This document shows, piece after piece, positions 17,899 through 27,890 of a stretch of 64,000 nt of DNA. The stretch is taken from assembly GCA_964603615.1 (NCBI GenBank), contig CAZRVU010000001.1:1954-65953 (forward strand). The letters run 5' to 3'. The stretch comes from an uncultured Desulfovibrionaceae bacterium. Its GTDB lineage: Bacteria; Bacillota; Dethiobacteria; DTU022; UBA8154. Position 1 is the stretch's first letter; each line of letters opens with the position of its first letter. The notes below the pieces were generated by a model. It had not been told where the DNA came from. It worked only from the letters and a program-made list of their open reading frames with translations, and did not search any database. A program made the translations under genes and the position numbers.

Positions 17899-18594
17899 GT
17901 GGTGAACATTTGGGAAATCCTGCTGGACCTCAAGCCGCAAAGTTTACTCATAAAGTTGCCACCTATGTCCATAAACAAAAAATTATTTTTGAGAGTGCAA
18001 AGAATCTTGGGGGATAACAAAAAAAGGCAAAGACAACAGAGCAAAAGAAAGAAAACTAGACATTGGGTAATCCTGATAAGTATTTGGACTTTTTTCTTCG
18101 CTGTGACTTTAACCTGGGTAACGCGTTTTTTATTACAAAATATGCGTTCATATCTGATTTCTTTTGTTCTTTTAATCTTGATTATTGCCCTGGGTATTTT
18201 TTTTGATTTAATTGGCACGGCGGCTACTGCTGCCGAGGAGACGCCTTTTCATGCCAAGGCTGCCAAAAAAATCTATGGGGCAAAGAAGGGTATATTTCTG
18301 GTACGCCATGCCGATCTGGTGGCAAATTTTTGTAATGATGTGGTTGGAGATATCAGTGGCATTGTGAGCGGAATTATCGGGGCCATAATCGTAGTCAATC
18401 TCGTTCAAAGAAATGCGGGTTTGAATGAAATATTTTTAAGTGTTCTTTTGGCGGGGATTGTATCTGCTTTAACGGTGGGCGGCAAAGCTTTTGGTAAGTC
18501 TTTGGCGATTAACAGGCCAACGGAGCTAGTGTTGTTTGTGGCTCGTTTTTTGACGACCTTTGAGCGGATTTTTATGAAAAAAAGAAGTTCATAG
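17899..18594 (+). CDS. DUF21 (CNNM-type transmembrane domain) membrane protein without CBS/CorC domains; start uncertain (GTG 17899, or ATG 18142)
   Basis: C-terminal ~150 aa resemble the DUF21 TM domain (LIGTAATAAEETPF..., LVANFCNDVVGDISGIVSGIIGA); the N-terminal 80 aa are lysine/arginine-rich with no SD before any candidate start. Confidence 0.4.
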   Translation: MVNIWEILLDLKPQSLLIKLPPMSINKKLFLRVQRILGDNKKRQRQQSKRKKTRHWVILISIWTFFFAVTLTWVTRFLLQNMRSYLISFVLLILIIALGIFFDLIGTAATAAEETPFHAKAAKKIYGAKKGIFLVRHADLVANFCNDVVGDISGIVSGIIGAIIVVNLVQRNAGLNEIFLSVLLAGIVSALTVGGKAFGKSLAINRPTELVLFVARFLTTFERIFMKKRSS

Positions 18595-18638
18595 CATATG
18601 GTTTACTTTTATAGATTATTTTTGGAAGCGGTGGTTTT

Positions 18639-20543
18639 TTGAATGTTATTCTTAAGAAGATTAACAGCCCTGCGGATTTAAAGAAATTATCATTCGCGGA
18701 GCTGCAGCAGTTGGCCGGCGAAATTAGGGAGCTGATGATTGAAGTTATATCCCAAAAAGGTGGGCATCTTGCCTCCAGCCTGGGGGTTGTGGAGTTGACT
18801 ATTGCACTTCACTTTGTTTTTAATGCTCCTTTTGATAAGATTATTTGGGATGTGGGGCACCAATGTTATGCTCACAAAATATTGACCGGGCGCGGGGAAA
18901 GTTTTAAAACAATTCGCTGCTACAAAGGTTTAAGTGGCTTTCCCAAAAGAGAGGAAAGCCTTTATGATGTTTTTAGCGTAGGGCACAGCAGTACTTCCCT
19001 TTCGGCTGCATTGGGTATGGCACGTGGCAGGGATCTACGGAAAGAAAAGTTTTTTGTGGTCAACGTGATCGGTGATGGTGCTCTCACAGGCGGTATTGCC
19101 CTGGAGGCACTCAATAATGCCGGGGAAAAGAAGACGGATCTAATCGTTATTTTAAATGATAATGAGATGTCGATCAGCGAAAATATTGGCGGCTTGCCTT
19201 CCTATCTGGCTAGATTGCGCACAGATCCCAAATATTACCGCCTGAAAGAAGATCTGGAACAAGTTCTTGAACGCATACCGGCTATTGGTAAAACTGTACT
19301 TCGTTCAGCGGAACGGTTGAAGGACAGTTTGAAATATCTGCTAGTGCCGGGGATGCTTTTTGAAGAGTTGGGCTTTACATATTTGGGGCCGGTTGATGGC
19401 CACTCTATCCCCAAGCTCGTGAATTTTTTACGCGAGATTAAAGATGTGCGCGGGCCTGTTTTGCTACATGTTGTGACTAAAAAAGGTAAAGGTTACCTTC
19501 CTGCGGAGAAGAAGCCCCTTCTTTTTCACGGTGTAGGCCCTTTTGATAAGAAGACAGGCGCCCCCTTTTCTGCGGGCAAGGATAAACCAACTTATAGCAG
19601 GGTATTTAGCTCTGCTTTAGAAAAAATTGCCGAAGAGGATTCTTCCATTGTGGCTATTACGGCGGCGATGGCTACGGGGACCGGTTTAGAAAATTTTGCG
19701 CAGCGCTGGCCAAAACGTTTTTTTGATGTAGGAATTGCCGAACAACATGCTGTAACTATGGCTGCGGGGCTGGCCGTAGAGGGCTTAAAGCCTGTTGTTG
19801 CCATTTATAGCACTTTTCTGCAAAGGGCTTACGACCAAATCCTGCACGATGTATGCCTGCAAAATCTGCCGGTTGTCTTTGCTGTGGACCGGGCAGGCCT
19901 GGTGGGTGAGGATGGAGATACGCACAACGGCCTCTACGATCTAGCTTATTTGCGAAATATGCCCAACCTCATTCTCATGGCTCCTGCTAGCGCTGAAGAG
20001 TTGACAGCGATGCTCAAAATGGCGTTGAAGATGAAACGCCCGGCGGCAATCAGGTACCCGCGTGGTTTTGCAGCAGATTCCTTAACAAAGAAAAATGATG
20101 AATTAGCGTTCGGCAAAGCCCGGCTTTTAACGGAAGGCCGTGATCTACTTATTCTTGCGGTTGGCTCCATGGTTGCACCGGCCCTTAAGGCGCAGGAGCT
20201 GCTGTTAAAATTGCAGATTAGAAGTAGCGTGATCAATTCCCGGTTTATTCAACCACTGGACAAGGAATTAATTTGTCATTGGGCTAAAAAATGTGGGCGG
20301 GTTATTACTGTGGAAGAGCATATCGTTAACGGCGGTTTTGGCAGTGCAGTTCTGGAAATATTAGCAGATGAGGGCATCCAAGGGGTACACTTGAAACGTT
20401 TAGGGTTGCCAGGCCCGTATGCCGGACAGGGAAATAGGGAATTTTTATTGGACTTGCATGGCCTTTCGGCAGAGGGGATTGCCCGTGAGGCCGTGAGGCT
20501 CTACCGGGTTCAAGAAAAGGTGTACCGGGGGATGCCCCGTTGA
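18639..20543 (+). CDS. dxs: 1-deoxy-D-xylulose-5-phosphate synthase
   Basis: 634 aa; TPP-binding GDGALTGG and transketolase-like domains. Confidence 0.9.
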   Translation: MNVILKKINSPADLKKLSFAELQQLAGEIRELMIEVISQKGGHLASSLGVVELTIALHFVFNAPFDKIIWDVGHQCYAHKILTGRGESFKTIRCYKGLSGFPKREESLYDVFSVGHSSTSLSAALGMARGRDLRKEKFFVVNVIGDGALTGGIALEALNNAGEKKTDLIVILNDNEMSISENIGGLPSYLARLRTDPKYYRLKEDLEQVLERIPAIGKTVLRSAERLKDSLKYLLVPGMLFEELGFTYLGPVDGHSIPKLVNFLREIKDVRGPVLLHVVTKKGKGYLPAEKKPLLFHGVGPFDKKTGAPFSAGKDKPTYSRVFSSALEKIAEEDSSIVAITAAMATGTGLENFAQRWPKRFFDVGIAEQHAVTMAAGLAVEGLKPVVAIYSTFLQRAYDQILHDVCLQNLPVVFAVDRAGLVGEDGDTHNGLYDLAYLRNMPNLILMAPASAEELTAMLKMALKMKRPAAIRYPRGFAADSLTKKNDELAFGKARLLTEGRDLLILAVGSMVAPALKAQELLLKLQIRSSVINSRFIQPLDKELICHWAKKCGRVITVEEHIVNGGFGSAVLEILADEGIQGVHLKRLGLPGPYAGQGNREFLLDLHGLSAEGIAREAVRLYRVQEKVYRGMPR

Positions 20544-21373
20544 CAGGCAAAAAAGATAAAAAAAGGCTGGATCTGCTGCTTGTCGAAAAAAACCTCATGG
20601 AAACACGCAGCAGGGCCAGGGCAGAAATTATGTCCGGGAACATTTTTGTAAATGGGGTAAAAAGGGATAAACCCGGTGAAGCTGTTTCCACCCTGGCAAA
20701 AATTGAAGTGCGTAAAACTGTAAATCCTTATGTCAGCAGGGGGGGGCTGAAGCTAGAAAAACCCCTGCATATTTTCAATATAGATCTTACGGGTAAAATC
20801 GTTTTAGATATTGGTGCCTCTACAGGTGGTTTTACGCACTGCGCACTTAAACACGGGGCCCCTAAGGTTTATGCCCTTGATGTGGGCTATGGCCAGCTAG
20901 CCTGGAAGCTACGCCAGGAGCCGCGGGTTGTCAATATGGAGCGCTTTAATGTGCGTCATCTAAAAAGGGAGGATCTGCCGGAACTTCCTCATCTGGTGAC
21001 CATAGATGTTTCTTTTATTTCCCTAAAATTGGTTTTACCTGTGGTGGCAGCGTTAAATATTCCGGAAATAATATGCCTTGTTAAACCCCAGTTCGAAACA
21101 AAGCCGGCCCAAGTTGGGAAAAAAGGTGTTGTCAAAGACGTTGCTCTTCACCGTGCTGTTTTAAATAGTATTACAGCAAAGGCAGAAGGGCTGGCTTATC
21201 AAACGGCCGGGCTCACTTTTTCACCATTAAAAGGCCCGCGCGGCAATTTAGAATTTTTTCTCTACCTGCGGCGCGCAGTGGCTGTAAAACCGGGGGGCAA
21301 CGGGGCCGGGGTTAAAAATTTACCTATTTTAATTCAAGAGGTAGTTTCGCAGGCGCATTCTATTTTGGGATAA
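20540..21373 (+). CDS. tlyA: TlyA family rRNA (cytidine-2'-O)-methyltransferase
   Basis: S4 domain N-terminus and FtsJ-like MTase (LDIGASTGGFT). Confidence 0.85.
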   Translation: MTGKKDKKRLDLLLVEKNLMETRSRARAEIMSGNIFVNGVKRDKPGEAVSTLAKIEVRKTVNPYVSRGGLKLEKPLHIFNIDLTGKIVLDIGASTGGFTHCALKHGAPKVYALDVGYGQLAWKLRQEPRVVNMERFNVRHLKREDLPELPHLVTIDVSFISLKLVLPVVAALNIPEIICLVKPQFETKPAQVGKKGVVKDVALHRAVLNSITAKAEGLAYQTAGLTFSPLKGPRGNLEFFLYLRRAVAVKPGGNGAGVKNLPILIQEVVSQAHSILG

Positions 21374-21413
21374 GGCCTTGGCCCGGGATAATGATAGTAA
21401 AGGGGATTAGTAA

Positions 21414-22262
21414 ATGCTTAAAGGTATCGGCGTGGTTCCCAACTGGCAAAAAGAAAGTATGCAAGAGATTATCGAACAAATTAAAAAGTTTTTCAAAAAA
21501 TATAGCGTGCCTGTATACATTGCTCCGGGGAAGGATCCCCTTTTGCATCTGGCCTCGCCAATCAAGGAAATACAGGAATGGCCCCAAAAGACAGATTTAG
21601 TGATCGTCTTGGGTGGTGATGGTACTTTTTTAAGGGTTGCCCGGGAGCTGGCTAATACCGATCTTCCCATGCTGGGTATTAATCTGGGACATAAAGGTTT
21701 TTTGGCCGAAATAGAGGTGGAGAAGCTGTCTTTTTCTCTTCAACAACTGGTCGACGGTAACTACCGGCTGGAAGAAAGGATGATGTTACAGACTGAAATA
21801 ATCAGGGAGGGGAAAATGTTTGCTGCCGCGATCTGTTTAAATGATGTGATTATCTCCAGAGGCCCTTTTTCCAGAATCGTAGAACTGGAAACATATATTA
21901 ACAACGATTTTTTGGAATGTTACCCCGGTGATGGAGTTATTATTGCCAGTCCCACTGGTTCTACAGGTTATTCTTTATCTGCCGGCGGGCCTGTTGTCCA
22001 TCCGGCTTTGAGCGTTCTGGTGGTCACGCCAATTTGTCCCCACCTGCTTTACCAGCGTTCGGTAATTGTGAATAAAGATGATCTGGTGACAGTAATTATT
22101 GCTACAGAAAATGCAGATATATTTTTAACCCTGGATGGGCAGGAGGGTTTTGCTTTAAATTATAATGATTGTGTCAGGGTTAAAAAGGCCGAATATGCAG
22201 CAAAAGTAATCACTTTTGCCGATAGCAACTTTTATAAACTACTGCATGATAAACTTATTTAA
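21414..22262 (+). CDS. nadK: NAD kinase
   Basis: GGDGTFL motif and NAD kinase core (NDVII, DGQ). Confidence 0.85.
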   Translation: MLKGIGVVPNWQKESMQEIIEQIKKFFKKYSVPVYIAPGKDPLLHLASPIKEIQEWPQKTDLVIVLGGDGTFLRVARELANTDLPMLGINLGHKGFLAEIEVEKLSFSLQQLVDGNYRLEERMMLQTEIIREGKMFAAAICLNDVIISRGPFSRIVELETYINNDFLECYPGDGVIIASPTGSTGYSLSAGGPVVHPALSVLVVTPICPHLLYQRSVIVNKDDLVTVIIATENADIFLTLDGQEGFALNYNDCVRVKKAEYAAKVITFADSNFYKLLHDKLI

Positions 22263-22416
22263 TTGGTAGGAAATTTAGCGAAGGATCCATTATTTACTGC
22301 GCCGGAATGGCAAATTTCCTCCTGTGATATTTTTATTACTAGACGTTTGTTTTTCCTTATGACACGTTTATTATATTCCCTGTAGGTAGTTATGTTGGGT
22401 TTGGGGGGGTGCTGCG

Positions 22417-24105
22417 ATGCTCGTTTATTTACGCATGCAAAATTTTGCGCTGATCGATGATTTGTCCCTGGATTTTTTTCCAGGCATGAACGTTTTAACG
22501 GGGGAAACCGGCGCGGGAAAATCCATACTGGTTGGTGCCATTAACCTCATTTTAGGCGAGAGGGCCTCCAGTGAGCAGGTAAGGACAGGCACAGAGCAGG
22601 CTGTGATTGAGGCTGTCTTCAATGTATCACCGGATTATGAACAATTAAGGGCAATTTTGGAAGATAACGGTTTGCCCTGGGAAGATGATTTAATTATTTT
22701 GCGGGAGATAGCGCTCAGCGGGCGAAACATCTGCCGTGTTAATGGAAAAATCGTTCCTCTTTCCCTTTTAAAAGAACTGGGTAGCACGCTCGTTGACTTT
22801 CACGGGCAACATAGCCAACAATCTCTTTTAAAACCAGAAAAGCATTTGTTTCTTTTGGATGAATTCGGGGATGCAGAGCTCCTTGAAGTTAAACACCATT
22901 TGCAAGAGGTTTTCCGCCGCCGGCAAAGTGTAAAACAGAAGCTTAGGGCCAAGGGTGGAACTTCCGCTGAAAGAGAAAAACAATTGGAGCTGCTTGCTTA
23001 TCAAAGAGATGAAATTCTCAGTGCTTCTCTTTGCCCGGAGGAAGAAGATGAACTAAAACAAAAGCTTTTCAGGCTTGACAACCTTGAAAAATTATCGGCA
23101 ACGGTCAGCAAAGCCTATCATGAAATCTATGGCGGCGAAAATGCGCTGCAGGCGGCTATTCTCGATCAGATTAACAATATCGAAAAAGAATTATCCTCCC
23201 TGTTGACCATTGATCCCCAATTATCTCCTTTTGTAGATCTTCTTCTGGAAACTAGCACTAGCTTGACAGAGTTGGGACGCGAACTCTATGATTATTGGGA
23301 CGGCTTGACCTTTTCATCTGACGAAAAAGAAGAAATTGAACATCGCTTGGAACTTTACCGGCGATTAAAGGCAAAGTATGGCAAAGATGTGGCCGGGGTT
23401 CTTTCTTTTGCGGAAGAATGTGCACAAAAGATTGTTGCAATAGAAAATAGCGCTACAGAAATTATAGAATGGGAAAAAGAAGAAAAGGCTCTCTGGCAAG
23501 AAATTGAACAACTGTCTGCCTTGTTAACGGCAAAAAGGAAAGAAACTGCACTGAAGCTAGAACCGTTGGTCGTTGAAGCCCTAAAAGATCTAGGCATGGA
23601 AAAGGCGTGTTTTAGTATACAGTTTTTAGAGCGAAAAGCTACGGGTCTAGAGGGACGCGAAGAATTGGAATTCCTCTTTTCTGCTAATCCCGGGGAACCT
23701 CTAAAGCCACTGGCGCGTATTATTTCTGCCGGAGAGATGGCCCGGGTAATGCTGGCCTTAAAGAGCATTTTAGCAGAGCAGGATCGGGTTCCTTCTATGG
23801 TTTTTGACGAAATTGATAGCGGTATCGGTGGCATCACGATTCAAAAAGTGTCGGAAAAAATGGCCGGGTTAAGTAAAAAGCATCAAGTCGTATGTGTGAC
23901 TCACAGTCCCCAGATTGCCAGCGCTGCAGATCACCAGTACAATATTTTTAAGGAAGAAGTTAAAGGGCGTGCTGTTACCTCTGTTGTCTATTTGCAGGGG
24001 GAAAAGAGAATGTTGGAGATAGCCCGCCTTTTAAACGGTGGTAATATGACTGAAATTACCAGGCAGCATGCCGCGGAACTTTTAAAAAAAGGGAAAAAAC
24101 TATAA
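22417..24105 (+). CDS. recN: DNA repair protein RecN
   Basis: N-terminal Walker A GETGAGKSIL, long coiled-coil, C-terminal signature/Walker B. Confidence 0.9.
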   Translation: MLVYLRMQNFALIDDLSLDFFPGMNVLTGETGAGKSILVGAINLILGERASSEQVRTGTEQAVIEAVFNVSPDYEQLRAILEDNGLPWEDDLIILREIALSGRNICRVNGKIVPLSLLKELGSTLVDFHGQHSQQSLLKPEKHLFLLDEFGDAELLEVKHHLQEVFRRRQSVKQKLRAKGGTSAEREKQLELLAYQRDEILSASLCPEEEDELKQKLFRLDNLEKLSATVSKAYHEIYGGENALQAAILDQINNIEKELSSLLTIDPQLSPFVDLLLETSTSLTELGRELYDYWDGLTFSSDEKEEIEHRLELYRRLKAKYGKDVAGVLSFAEECAQKIVAIENSATEIIEWEKEEKALWQEIEQLSALLTAKRKETALKLEPLVVEALKDLGMEKACFSIQFLERKATGLEGREELEFLFSANPGEPLKPLARIISAGEMARVMLALKSILAEQDRVPSMVFDEIDSGIGGITIQKVSEKMAGLSKKHQVVCVTHSPQIASAADHQYNIFKEEVKGRAVTSVVYLQGEKRMLEIARLLNGGNMTEITRQHAAELLKKGKKL

Positions 24106-24276
24106 CGTTTTAATATTTAACGTCAGGGCATTCAAACTCTTCAAATTCCCCGTATCCCATAAAGTGGGTCAAGGGAATTTTTTAATATAATGCCAAATAT
24201 ATCTTGACGCAAGGGCAAGCAAAAAGGGATAAAAAATCTTCTCAGAGACAATTTAAAGCTATACCCTAATTCTTAA

Positions 24277-25608
24277 TTGGCTCTGAGGAGGGTTTTAATG
24301 TCTTTTTTTAGGAAAAGAAAGTATATCCTAATTTCGCTAGTTTGTATTTTCATTTTTTCATTTTTTCTCTCCTTAGCAGTTAAAAGTAATTTAACCGATA
24401 ACCTGCAGCTATTTGAAGGCCAGGAATATTCTTACCAGCTTAGATTTCCTTTGCAACTTTATATTAAAGCAGATAAATCCGGTATATTAGACATTAACAG
24501 CAACATTGCCCACAGCAATGTATTGAAACATTTGGGGCTAAATAAAGGTTTTTCTTTGCGTGGTTTAAATAGTGGCATTGTCAATCTCGAGCTCAGCTTG
24601 TTTAGGGGCAGGCTTCCTATCCGGCAGCTTACGGTGAGTGTTTTACCGGAGATACGGTTAAATCCCGGGGGGCATTCGATAGGCATTAAGATCCACGAAA
24701 AGGGTGTAATAGTTGTCGGTTACTATTATGTGGAAAATGAAGGCAATAGTTTTTCACCGGCAAAGGATGGCGGTATATTGATCGGTGATCTTATCTTAGC
24801 GGTTAATGGTATAAATATTCAAGATTTAGACATAGCTGCAGAAAAAATTAAAAAAGAAGCAGGAAAAGGCGAGCTCGTCCTACTGGTTAAAAGAAAAGGA
24901 GAAAATATTAATATAAAAATAACCCCTTATCAATGTCCATCCAGTGGCGAACCCCTTATTGGGCTTTATATCCGTGATACTGCGGCCGGGGTGGGTACCT
25001 TAACCTTTTATGATGCAGATAAACATTATTATGGGGCGCTAGGCCATATTATTACGGATAGCGATACGCAGGCTATCTTAGACATTGACGATGGGTTGAT
25101 TGTAAGAGCAGATATTGTAAATATAAAAATGGCTCAAAGGGGTCAGCCGGGAGAGAAAGCCGGGGTTTTCCGGGAAGAAAAGGATATTTTAGGCGATATT
25201 GCTAAAAACACGCATTTTGGTATTTATGGTAAATTAAAAAACATAGAGGAATGTGCAACTCCTTATCCGGAACCAATTCCGCTAGGGCTTTCTTTTGAAA
25301 TTAAACCCGGCCCGGCAGAGATGCTCACCGTCGTGGATGGTAATAAAATAAATAGTTTTCAATTAGAAATCGAAAAAGTGCTGACCCAAAGCAGGCCTGT
25401 AGATAAAGGGATCGTGATCAGGGTTGTTGATGAAAACTTATTATCTAAAACGGGCGGCATCGTGCAGGGTATGAGCGGTAGTCCTATTATTCAAAACGGA
25501 AAACTGGTGGGGGCGGTAACCCATGTTTTTATTAATGATCCAGCCAGGGGATACGGGATCTTTGCTGAATGGATGGTCAAAGAAATGGTACTTTTGCCAG
25601 TTTCATAA
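24277..25608 (+). CDS. spoIVB: SpoIVB peptidase (S55) with PDZ domain
   Basis: N-terminal TM, PDZ, catalytic region GHIITD ... GMSGSPI; spoIVB-spo0A adjacency as in Bacillus. Confidence 0.85.
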   Translation: MALRRVLMSFFRKRKYILISLVCIFIFSFFLSLAVKSNLTDNLQLFEGQEYSYQLRFPLQLYIKADKSGILDINSNIAHSNVLKHLGLNKGFSLRGLNSGIVNLELSLFRGRLPIRQLTVSVLPEIRLNPGGHSIGIKIHEKGVIVVGYYYVENEGNSFSPAKDGGILIGDLILAVNGINIQDLDIAAEKIKKEAGKGELVLLVKRKGENINIKITPYQCPSSGEPLIGLYIRDTAAGVGTLTFYDADKHYYGALGHIITDSDTQAILDIDDGLIVRADIVNIKMAQRGQPGEKAGVFREEKDILGDIAKNTHFGIYGKLKNIEECATPYPEPIPLGLSFEIKPGPAEMLTVVDGNKINSFQLEIEKVLTQSRPVDKGIVIRVVDENLLSKTGGIVQGMSGSPIIQNGKLVGAVTHVFINDPARGYGIFAEWMVKEMVLLPVS

Positions 25609-25665
25609 AAAGTTTTGTTATGTTTTATGAAATATTCTAAAATATTCCTCCTTTAAGCAGGAATG

Positions 25666-25695
25666 ACCTTCCATTTGTCGAATAATATATTGAAA
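25666..25695 (+). promoter_or_regulatory. Spo0A-box-like TGTCGAA followed by palindrome ATATATTGA-AAG-TCAATATAT immediately upstream of spo0A
   Basis: TTTGTCGAATA matches the 0A-box consensus TGNCGAA; 9-bp inverted repeat arms with a 3-nt spacer end ~35 nt before the spo0A start. Confidence 0.4.
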
Positions 25696-25736
25696 GTCAA
25701 TATATTAAAAATAATCTTAAAGGGGGCACTTTAAGT

Positions 25737-26531
25737 ATGCTAAAAGTATTGATTGCCGATGATAACAGGGAATTCAATGAGCTATTAACGGAATATATAA
25801 ACAAAGAACCGGATATCGAGGTGGTTGGCAACGCCTACAATGGCAAGGAGGTTTTGGCGTTATTGCGGGAAAAACGTCCCGATATTGTTCTGTTAGATAT
25901 TATCATGCCACACTTGGATGGTATCGGAGTGTTGGAGGAATTGGAAAAGATGGATTTATCCCCCAAGCCCAAGGTGATTATGCTGACGGCTTTTGGCCAT
26001 GAAAACATTACACAAAGGGCGGTAGAGCTGGGGGCAGCATATTATATTTTGAAGCCTTTTAATCTTGAAGTTCTGGCGGAAAGGGTTCGCCAACTCGGTG
26101 ATAACCAGCTTAGTATCCAAGAAGCCCCTGTCAATACGCCATCTGTACTTAAGAAAGAAAAGGATAATTACATAGATGAAATTACGCAAATCATTCATGA
26201 AATAGGTGTTCCTGCTCATATTAAGGGCTATCTCTACCTACGTGATGCCATCTCCATGGTTGTGGAAGAGATCGAGTTGCTTGGTTCGGTGACTAAAATT
26301 CTTTATCCCCGTATCGCCCAAAAATTTGAAACTACGCCTAGTAGGGTGGAGCGTGCTATTCGCCATGCTATTGAGGTGGCCTGGTCAAGAAATAGTCTGG
26401 ATACAATTAAGAAATTTTTTGGTTATACTATCAATACAGAAAAAGGTAAACCAACTAATTCAGAATTTATTGCGCTTGTTGCGGACCGGATTCGTTTGAA
26501 AAACAGGAAATATGAATATAAAGTGCTTTAG
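25737..26531 (+). CDS. spo0A: Sporulation master regulator Spo0A
   Basis: REC domain (ADDNREF..., DIIMPHLDG) and Spo0A-specific C-terminal DNA-binding domain ([11 protein letters not shown]..., [13 protein letters not shown]). Confidence 0.9.
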   Translation: MLKVLIADDNREFNELLTEYINKEPDIEVVGNAYNGKEVLALLREKRPDIVLLDIIMPHLDGIGVLEELEKMDLSPKPKVIMLTAFGHENITQRAVELGAAYYILKPFNLEVLAERVRQLGDNQLSIQEAPVNTPSVLKKEKDNYIDEITQIIHEIGVPAHIKGYLYLRDAISMVVEEIELLGSVTKILYPRIAQKFETTPSRVERAIRHAIEVAWSRNSLDTIKKFFGYTINTEKGKPTNSEFIALVADRIRLKNRKYEYKVL

Positions 26532-26624
26532 GATAGGTGGAGGAGGTTAAGGTAAATTTAAACTGCTACTGGCGCTAACTAGTGTTTTTATCGAAATTAT
26601 TTAGGTTTGATATCAAAAGAGGAT

Positions 26625-26641
26625 ACATGCATAATGCATGT
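26625..26641 (+). promoter_or_regulatory. 17-bp palindrome ACATGCAT-A-ATGCATGT overlapping the first in-frame ATG of the steA-like ORF
   Basis: Perfect 8-bp arms around a central A; candidate operator; suggests the real start codon lies downstream. Confidence 0.3.
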
Positions 26642-27876
26642 TCCTTTTTTTTATCATAAAGTTGTTCATAATGATCCATACTAAAAATGCAAGAGGAATG
26701 AAAAATAATGTGGTAGGCCCAAAAGTGTGTTTTTATAAAGAAAGCGGGGCTTTTGAAACGAAACGAACGATGCAGGGTGTGCTTAAAAAGGATCGTAAGA
26801 CAAAAATGCTTTGCAAAAGGTTGCAACCAGGAGATATTGCCCTCATTGCCCATCGCGATCTCGATGCTTTGGCCGCCCAGGAGCTTGTTGAAAAAGAAAT
26901 TAAAGCGGTAATAAATGCCCATGATATTTTTTCCGGGGAGTACCCTGCGCAAGGGGCAAAATATTTGTTAAACAAAGGGATCTTTGTTTTAGACAATGTT
27001 GGAGAGAATATCTTTTCACGTGTAACGGAAGGAGAAACAATAGTTATTAACGGGGATTCTGTTTATTATCGCAGGCAAAAATTGGGGCAGGGCAGGATCC
27101 TCCAGAAAGAAATACTACAACAAAAATCGGCCTTAGCTGAAAAAAATCTTAACCGACAATTAAACTTATTTGTCCAAAATACTTTGGACTATCTGCATCA
27201 AGAAAAAAATATAATTTTAGACGATTTTTTCATGCCTGAATTAAAAACAAAATTGGCGGGAAGGCATGTCCTCATTGTAATTCGAGGTAAAAATTATAAA
27301 AAAGATTTACAAATGATCCGTTCATATATCAAGGATGTTAAGCCAGTGCTGATTGGAGTCGATGGCGGGGGTGACGCCCTTTGTGCTCTGGGCCTGAGAC
27401 CCCACCTCATTATTGGTGATATGGATAGCGTGGAAGATGCTACTTTAAAAAAGGCCGGTGAGATAGTGGTTCATGCCTACCCTAACGGGTTGGCCCCGGG
27501 AATGGCACGCATTTCCCGGTTGGGGTTAAAGGCTAAAGTAATAGCCATGACCGGCACAAGCGAGGATTTGGCTTTGATGCTGGCTTATGAAAAAAAGGCC
27601 GAATTAATTGTAGCCGTTGGTTCGCATTCTCATATGCTCGATTTTTTGGAAAAAGGTCGTAAAGGAATGGCCTCTACTTTCCTGGTGCGGCTAAAGGTCG
27701 GGCCTAAACTTGTCGACGCCCGCGGTCTAGCCCATTTATATCAAGGGGGTGCCAAGTGGCAATATCTATCAGCTTTACTGGTTGCTGCTCTTTTTCCGAT
27801 TGTTCTTCTGGCCGCCTTTTCACCTTTGGTGCGTCATTTTTTTTATCTCCTGGGCTGGAAGTTCGGCTTGCATTAA
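26638..27876 (+). CDS. SteA-like putative cytokinetic ring protein (start uncertain)
   Basis: ~400-aa soluble protein with a C-terminal TM anchor, followed by a DUF3186 'copper transporter'-family gene, mirroring the actinobacterial steA-steB pair. Confidence 0.5.
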   Translation: MFLFFIIKLFIMIHTKNARGMKNNVVGPKVCFYKESGAFETKRTMQGVLKKDRKTKMLCKRLQPGDIALIAHRDLDALAAQELVEKEIKAVINAHDIFSGEYPAQGAKYLLNKGIFVLDNVGENIFSRVTEGETIVINGDSVYYRRQKLGQGRILQKEILQQKSALAEKNLNRQLNLFVQNTLDYLHQEKNIILDDFFMPELKTKLAGRHVLIVIRGKNYKKDLQMIRSYIKDVKPVLIGVDGGGDALCALGLRPHLIIGDMDSVEDATLKKAGEIVVHAYPNGLAPGMARISRLGLKAKVIAMTGTSEDLALMLAYEKKAELIVAVGSHSHMLDFLEKGRKGMASTFLVRLKVGPKLVDARGLAHLYQGGAKWQYLSALLVAALFPIVLLAAFSPLVRHFFYLLGWKFGLH

Positions 27877-27890
27877 TAATATAAAAGGTT

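Noticed and set aside
22263-22416. Missing argR/ahrC between nadK and recN
   Set aside because: The Bacillus arrangement has ahrC here, but its absence in a 150-nt spacer is most simply a lineage difference; no pseudogene remnant is recognisable.
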